64,000 nt of DNA from the human T2T-CHM13v2.0 reference genome, Homo sapiens. Position numbers and translations under genes: made by a program. Shown here piece after piece: positions 59,901-64,000 of the stretch. The DNA is taken from the NCBI RefSeq assembly GCF_009914755.1, contig NC_060939.1; one strand, given 5' to 3'. The notes beneath the pieces are model-generated. The model did not search any database and was not told where the DNA came from. It was given only the letters and a program-made list of their open reading frames with translations. Every line of letters begins with the position of its first letter. Position 1 is the stretch's first letter.

Positions 59901-62900
59901 ATTATATACTGTACATAAAATATGAAACTACATCAAATATATATTTTATTCTGTACATAAAATATCAAAGTACACCAGATATATATTCTATAGTGTACAT
60001 AAAATATCAAAGTACCCAAACTATACATTATACACTGTACATAAAATATGAAATTACATCAAATATATATTATATTAGGTACATAAAATATGAAAGTACA
60101 TCAAATATAGATTATATACTGTACATAAAATACCAAAGTACCCCAAATATATATTTTATACTGTACATGAAATATCAAAGTTCACACACTATATATTATA
60201 TACTGTACATAAAATATCAAAGTACCCAAGGTATATATTCTATATTGTACAAAAAATATCAAAGTACGCAAAGCATGTATTATATACTGTACATAAAATA
60301 TGAAAGTACATCAAATATATATTTTATACTGTACATAAAATATCAAAGTACACCAGATATATATTCTATAGTGTACATAAAATATCAAAGTACCCAAACT
60401 ATACATTATATACTGTACATAAAATATGAAATTACATCAAATATATATTATATTAGGTACATAAAATATGAAAGTACATAAAATATAGATTATATACTGT
60501 ACATAAAATATCAAAGTACCCCAAATATATATTATATACTCTACATGAAATATCAAAGTTCACAAACTATATATTATATACTGTACATAAAATATCAAAG
60601 TAACCAAGGTATATATTCTATACTGTACAAAAAATATCAAAGTATCCAAAGCATGTATTATATACTGTATATAAAATATGAAAGTACATTAAATATATAT
60701 TTTATTCTGTTTATAAAATATCAAAGTACACCAGATACATATTCTATAGTGTACATAAAATAACAAAGTACACAAACTATAAATTATATACTGTACATAA
60801 AATATGAAATTACATCAAATATATACTAGGTACATAAAATATGAAAGTACATCAAATATAGATTATATACTGTACATATAATATCAATGTACCCCAAATA
60901 TATATTTTTTACTCTACATGAAATATCAAAGTTCACAAACCATACATTATATACTGTACATAAAATATCAAAGTACCCAAGGTATATATTCTATACTGTA
61001 CAAAAAATATCAAAGTACCCAAAGCATGTATTATATACTGTACATAAAATATGAAAGTACTTCAAATATATATTTTATTCTGTACATAAAATATCAAAGT
61101 ACACCAGATATATATTCTATAGTGTACATAAAATATCATAGTACCCAAACTATACATTATACACTGTACATAAAATATGAAATTACATCAAATATATATT
61201 AGGTACATTAAATATGAAAGTACATCAAATATAGATTATATACAGTACATAAAATATCAAAGTACCCCAAATATATATTATATTCTCTACATGAAATATC
61301 AAAGTTCACAAACTATATATTATATACTGTACATAAAATATCAAAGTACCCAAGGTATATATTCTATACTGTACAAAAAATATCAAAGTACCCAAAGCAT
61401 GTATTATATACTGTACATAAAATATGAAAGTACATCAAATATATATTTTATTCTGTACATAAAATATCAAAGTACACCAGATATATATTCTATAGTGTAC
61501 ATAAAATATCAAAATACCCAAACTATACATTATATACTGTACATAAAATATGAAATTACATCAAACATATATTATATTAGGTACATAAAATATGAAAGCA
61601 CATCAAATATAGATTATATACTGTACATTAAATACCAAAGTACCCCAAATATATATTTTATTCTGTACATCAAATATCAAAGTTCACAAACTATATATTA
61701 TATACTGTACATAAAATATCAAAGTACCCATGGTATATATTCTACACTGTACAAAAAATATCAAAGTACCCAAAGCATGTATTACATACTGTATATAAAA
61801 TATGAAAGTACATCACATATATATTTTATTCTGTACATAAAATATCAAAGTACACCAGATATATATTCTATAGTGTACATAAAATAACAAAGTTCAAAAA
61901 CTATGAATTATATGCTGTACATAAATATGAAATTACATCAAATATATATTAGGTACATAAAATATGAAAGTACATCAAATATGGATTATATACTGTACAT
62001 AAAATATCAATGTACCCCAAATATATATTTTATACTCTACATGAAATATGAAAGTTCACAAACCATATATTATATACTGTACATAAAATATCAAAGTACC
62101 CAAGGTATATATTCTATACTGTACAAAAAATATCAAAGTACCCAAAGCATGTATTATATACTGTACATAAAATATGAAACTACATCAAATATATATTTTA
62201 TTCTGTACATAAAATATCAAAGTACACCAGATATATATTCTATAGTGTACATAAAATATCAAAGTACCCAAACTATACATTATACACTGTACATAAAATA
62301 TGAAATTACATCAAATATATATTATATTAGGTACATAAAATATGAAAGTACATCAAATATAGATTATATACTGTACATAAAATACCAAAGTACCCCCAAT
62401 ATATATTTTATACTGTACATGAAATATCAAAGTTCACACACTATATATTATATACTGTACATAAAATATCAAAGTACCCAAGGTATATATTCTATATTGT
62501 ACAAAAAATATCAAAGTACGCAAAGCATGTATTATATACTGTACATAAAATATGAAAGTACATCAAATATATATTTTATACTGTACATAAAATATCAAAG
62601 TACACCAGATATATATTCTATAGTGTACATAAAATATCAAAGTACCCAAACTATACATTATATACTGTACATAAAATATGAAATTACATCAAATATATAT
62701 TATATTAGGTACATAAAATATGAAAGTACATAAAATATAGATTATATACTGTACATAAAATATCAAAGTACCCCAAATATATATTATATACTCTACATGA
62801 AATATCAAAGTTCACAAACTATATATTATATACTGTACATAAAATATCAAAGTAACCAAGGTATATATTCTATACTGTACAAAAAATATCAAAGTATCCA

Positions 62901-64000
62901 AAGCATGTATTATATACTGTATATAAAATATGAAAGTACATTAAATATATATTTTATTCTGTTTATAAAACATCAAAGTACACCAGATACATATTCTATA
63001 GTGTACATAAAATAACAAAGTACACAAACTATAAATTATATACTGTACATAAAATATGAAATTACATCAAATATATACTAGGTACATAAAATATGAAAGT
63101 ACATCAAATATAGATTATATACTGTACATATAATATCAATGTACCCCAAATATATATTTTTTACTCTACATGAAATATCAAAGTTCACAAACCATACATT
63201 ATATACTGTACATAAAATATCAAAGTACCCAAGGTATATATTCTATACTGTACAAAAAATATCAAAGTACCCAAAGCATGTATTATATACTGTACATAAA
63301 ATATGAAAGTACTTCAAATATATATTTTATTCTGTACATAAAATATCAAAGTACACCAGATATATATTCTATAGTGTACATAAAATATCAAAGTACCCAA
63401 ACTATACATTATACACTGTACATAAAATATGAAATTACATCAAATATATATTAGGTACATTAAATATGAAAGTACATCAAATATAGATTATATACAGTAC
63501 ATAAAATATCAAAGTACCCCAAATATATATTATATACTCTACATGAAATATCAAAGTTCTCAAACTATATATTATATACTGTACATAAAATATCAAAGTA
63601 CCCAAGGTATATATTCTATACTGTACAAAAAATATCAAAGTACCCAAAGCATGTATTATATACTGTACATAAAATATGAAAGTACATCAAATATATATTT
63701 TATTCTGTACATAAAATATCAAAGTACACCAGATATATATTCTATAGTGTACATAAAATATAAAAATACCCAAACTATACATTATATACTGTACATAAAA
63801 TATGAAATTACATCAAATATATATTATATTAGGTACATAAAATATGAAAGTACATCAAATATAGATTATATACTGTACATTAAATACCAAAGTACCCCAA
63901 ATATATATTTTATTCTGTACATCAAATATCAAAGTTCACAAACTATATATTATATACTGTACATAAAATATCAAAGTACCCATGGTATATATTCTACACT
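57000..64000 (+). repeat. Second block of the 2252-bp super-repeat, preceded by a 1124-bp half copy
   Basis: ORF starts 58293/60545/62797 and 59651/61903 are 2252 apart. Pairs 57169/58293, 57428/58552 and 57801/58925 are 1124 apart. Confidence 0.9.

Larger units (their letters stand above)
1..64000 (+). repeat. HSat1A / SAR (classical satellite I) tandem array of 42-bp monomers, running off both ends of the window
   Basis: Seen: continuous 42-bp periodicity with alternating 17-bp (ACATAAAATAT[C/G]AAAGT) and 25-bp (AC[C/A][C/T]...TATACTGT) subunits, usually delimited by GTAC (RsaI) sites. The A-rich strand is on + throughout. Established: this 17+25 bp RsaI-defined structure is human satellite I (HSat1A). 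Species and chromosome cannot be fixed from the sequence alone. Confidence 0.96.
1..64000 (+). repeat. 378-bp 9-mer higher-order unit (M1-M9), with a common 373-bp variant
   Basis: Nine distinguishable monomers recur in fixed order. Equivalent ORF starts are 378 apart (15044/15422, 16070/16448) or 373 apart (25259/25632, 46010/46383). The 373 form has ATATATATTAGG in place of ATATATATTATATTAGG in M1. Confidence 0.95.

Noticed and set aside
65-63454. Many + strand ORFs up to 453 aa encoding Y/I/K/S-rich 14-aa repeats (e.g. 8437-9798, 19926-21170)
   Set aside because: 42 and 378 are multiples of 3 and one frame lacks stops by chance. ORFs are broken wherever the 5-bp deletion or the TAT-to-TAA variant falls. 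There is no unique domain, splice structure or sign of codon-level constraint.
1-64000. CRISPR-like alternation of a conserved 17-bp part and a more variable 25-bp part
   Set aside because: The 'spacers' are homologous to each other and recur in a fixed 9-cycle. There is no leader and no cas gene, and the sequence matches a known primate satellite.
1-64000. Programmed frameshifting or phase variation through the 5-bp M1 indel
   Set aside because: There is no credible coding sequence to be switched. Slippage in a TATAT tract plus array amplification explains it.
1-64000. TATA-like boxes, TGTACA/GGTACA steroid-receptor-like half sites and occasional AATAAA
   Set aside because: Expected at about 79% A+T or as part of the monomer. 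I saw no correctly spaced full response element or promoter context, so function cannot be supported from sequence.
1-64000. Embedded transposon, inversion or unique island
   Set aside because: Reading through the window I found no non-satellite tract and no strand switch. A very short insertion could have been missed by eye.
1-64000. Alpha satellite, HSat1B or HSat2/3 identity, and a specific chromosome assignment
   Set aside because: No 171-bp period or CENP-B box, no Alu-derived segment and no CATTC repeats. The chromosome cannot be assigned without alignment to an assembly.

Overview
The whole 64 kb window is one uninterrupted, single-orientation, AT-rich tandem satellite array. Its 42-bp monomer (consensus about ACATAAAATATCAAAGT-ACCCAAACTATATATTATATACTGT, roughly 79% A+T) is organised as a 9-monomer, 378-bp higher-order unit with a frequent 373-bp deletion variant. 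This matches human/hominid classical satellite I (HSat1A, Repbase SAR), a known pericentromeric and acrocentric short-arm heterochromatin repeat. I see no genes, RNA genes, transposons, CRISPR arrays or unique sequence. All listed ORFs are artefacts of a 42-bp (14-codon) monomer that has a stop-free frame. I found no support for a new biological system. What is readable is the array's layered history: a divergent left domain, a subfamily switch near 9.8 kb, two related young super-repeats of 2546 bp and 2252 bp, several multi-kb duplications, and monomer-skipping junctions. Monomers are labelled M1-M9 by their frame translation: M1 EITSNIYYIR, M2 ESTSNIDY, M3 QSTPNIY, M4 QSSQTIY, M5 QSTQGIYS, M6 QSTQSMY, M7 ESTSNIYF, M8 QSTPDIYS, M9 QSTQTIHY. 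Block boundaries were read by eye and are approximate.
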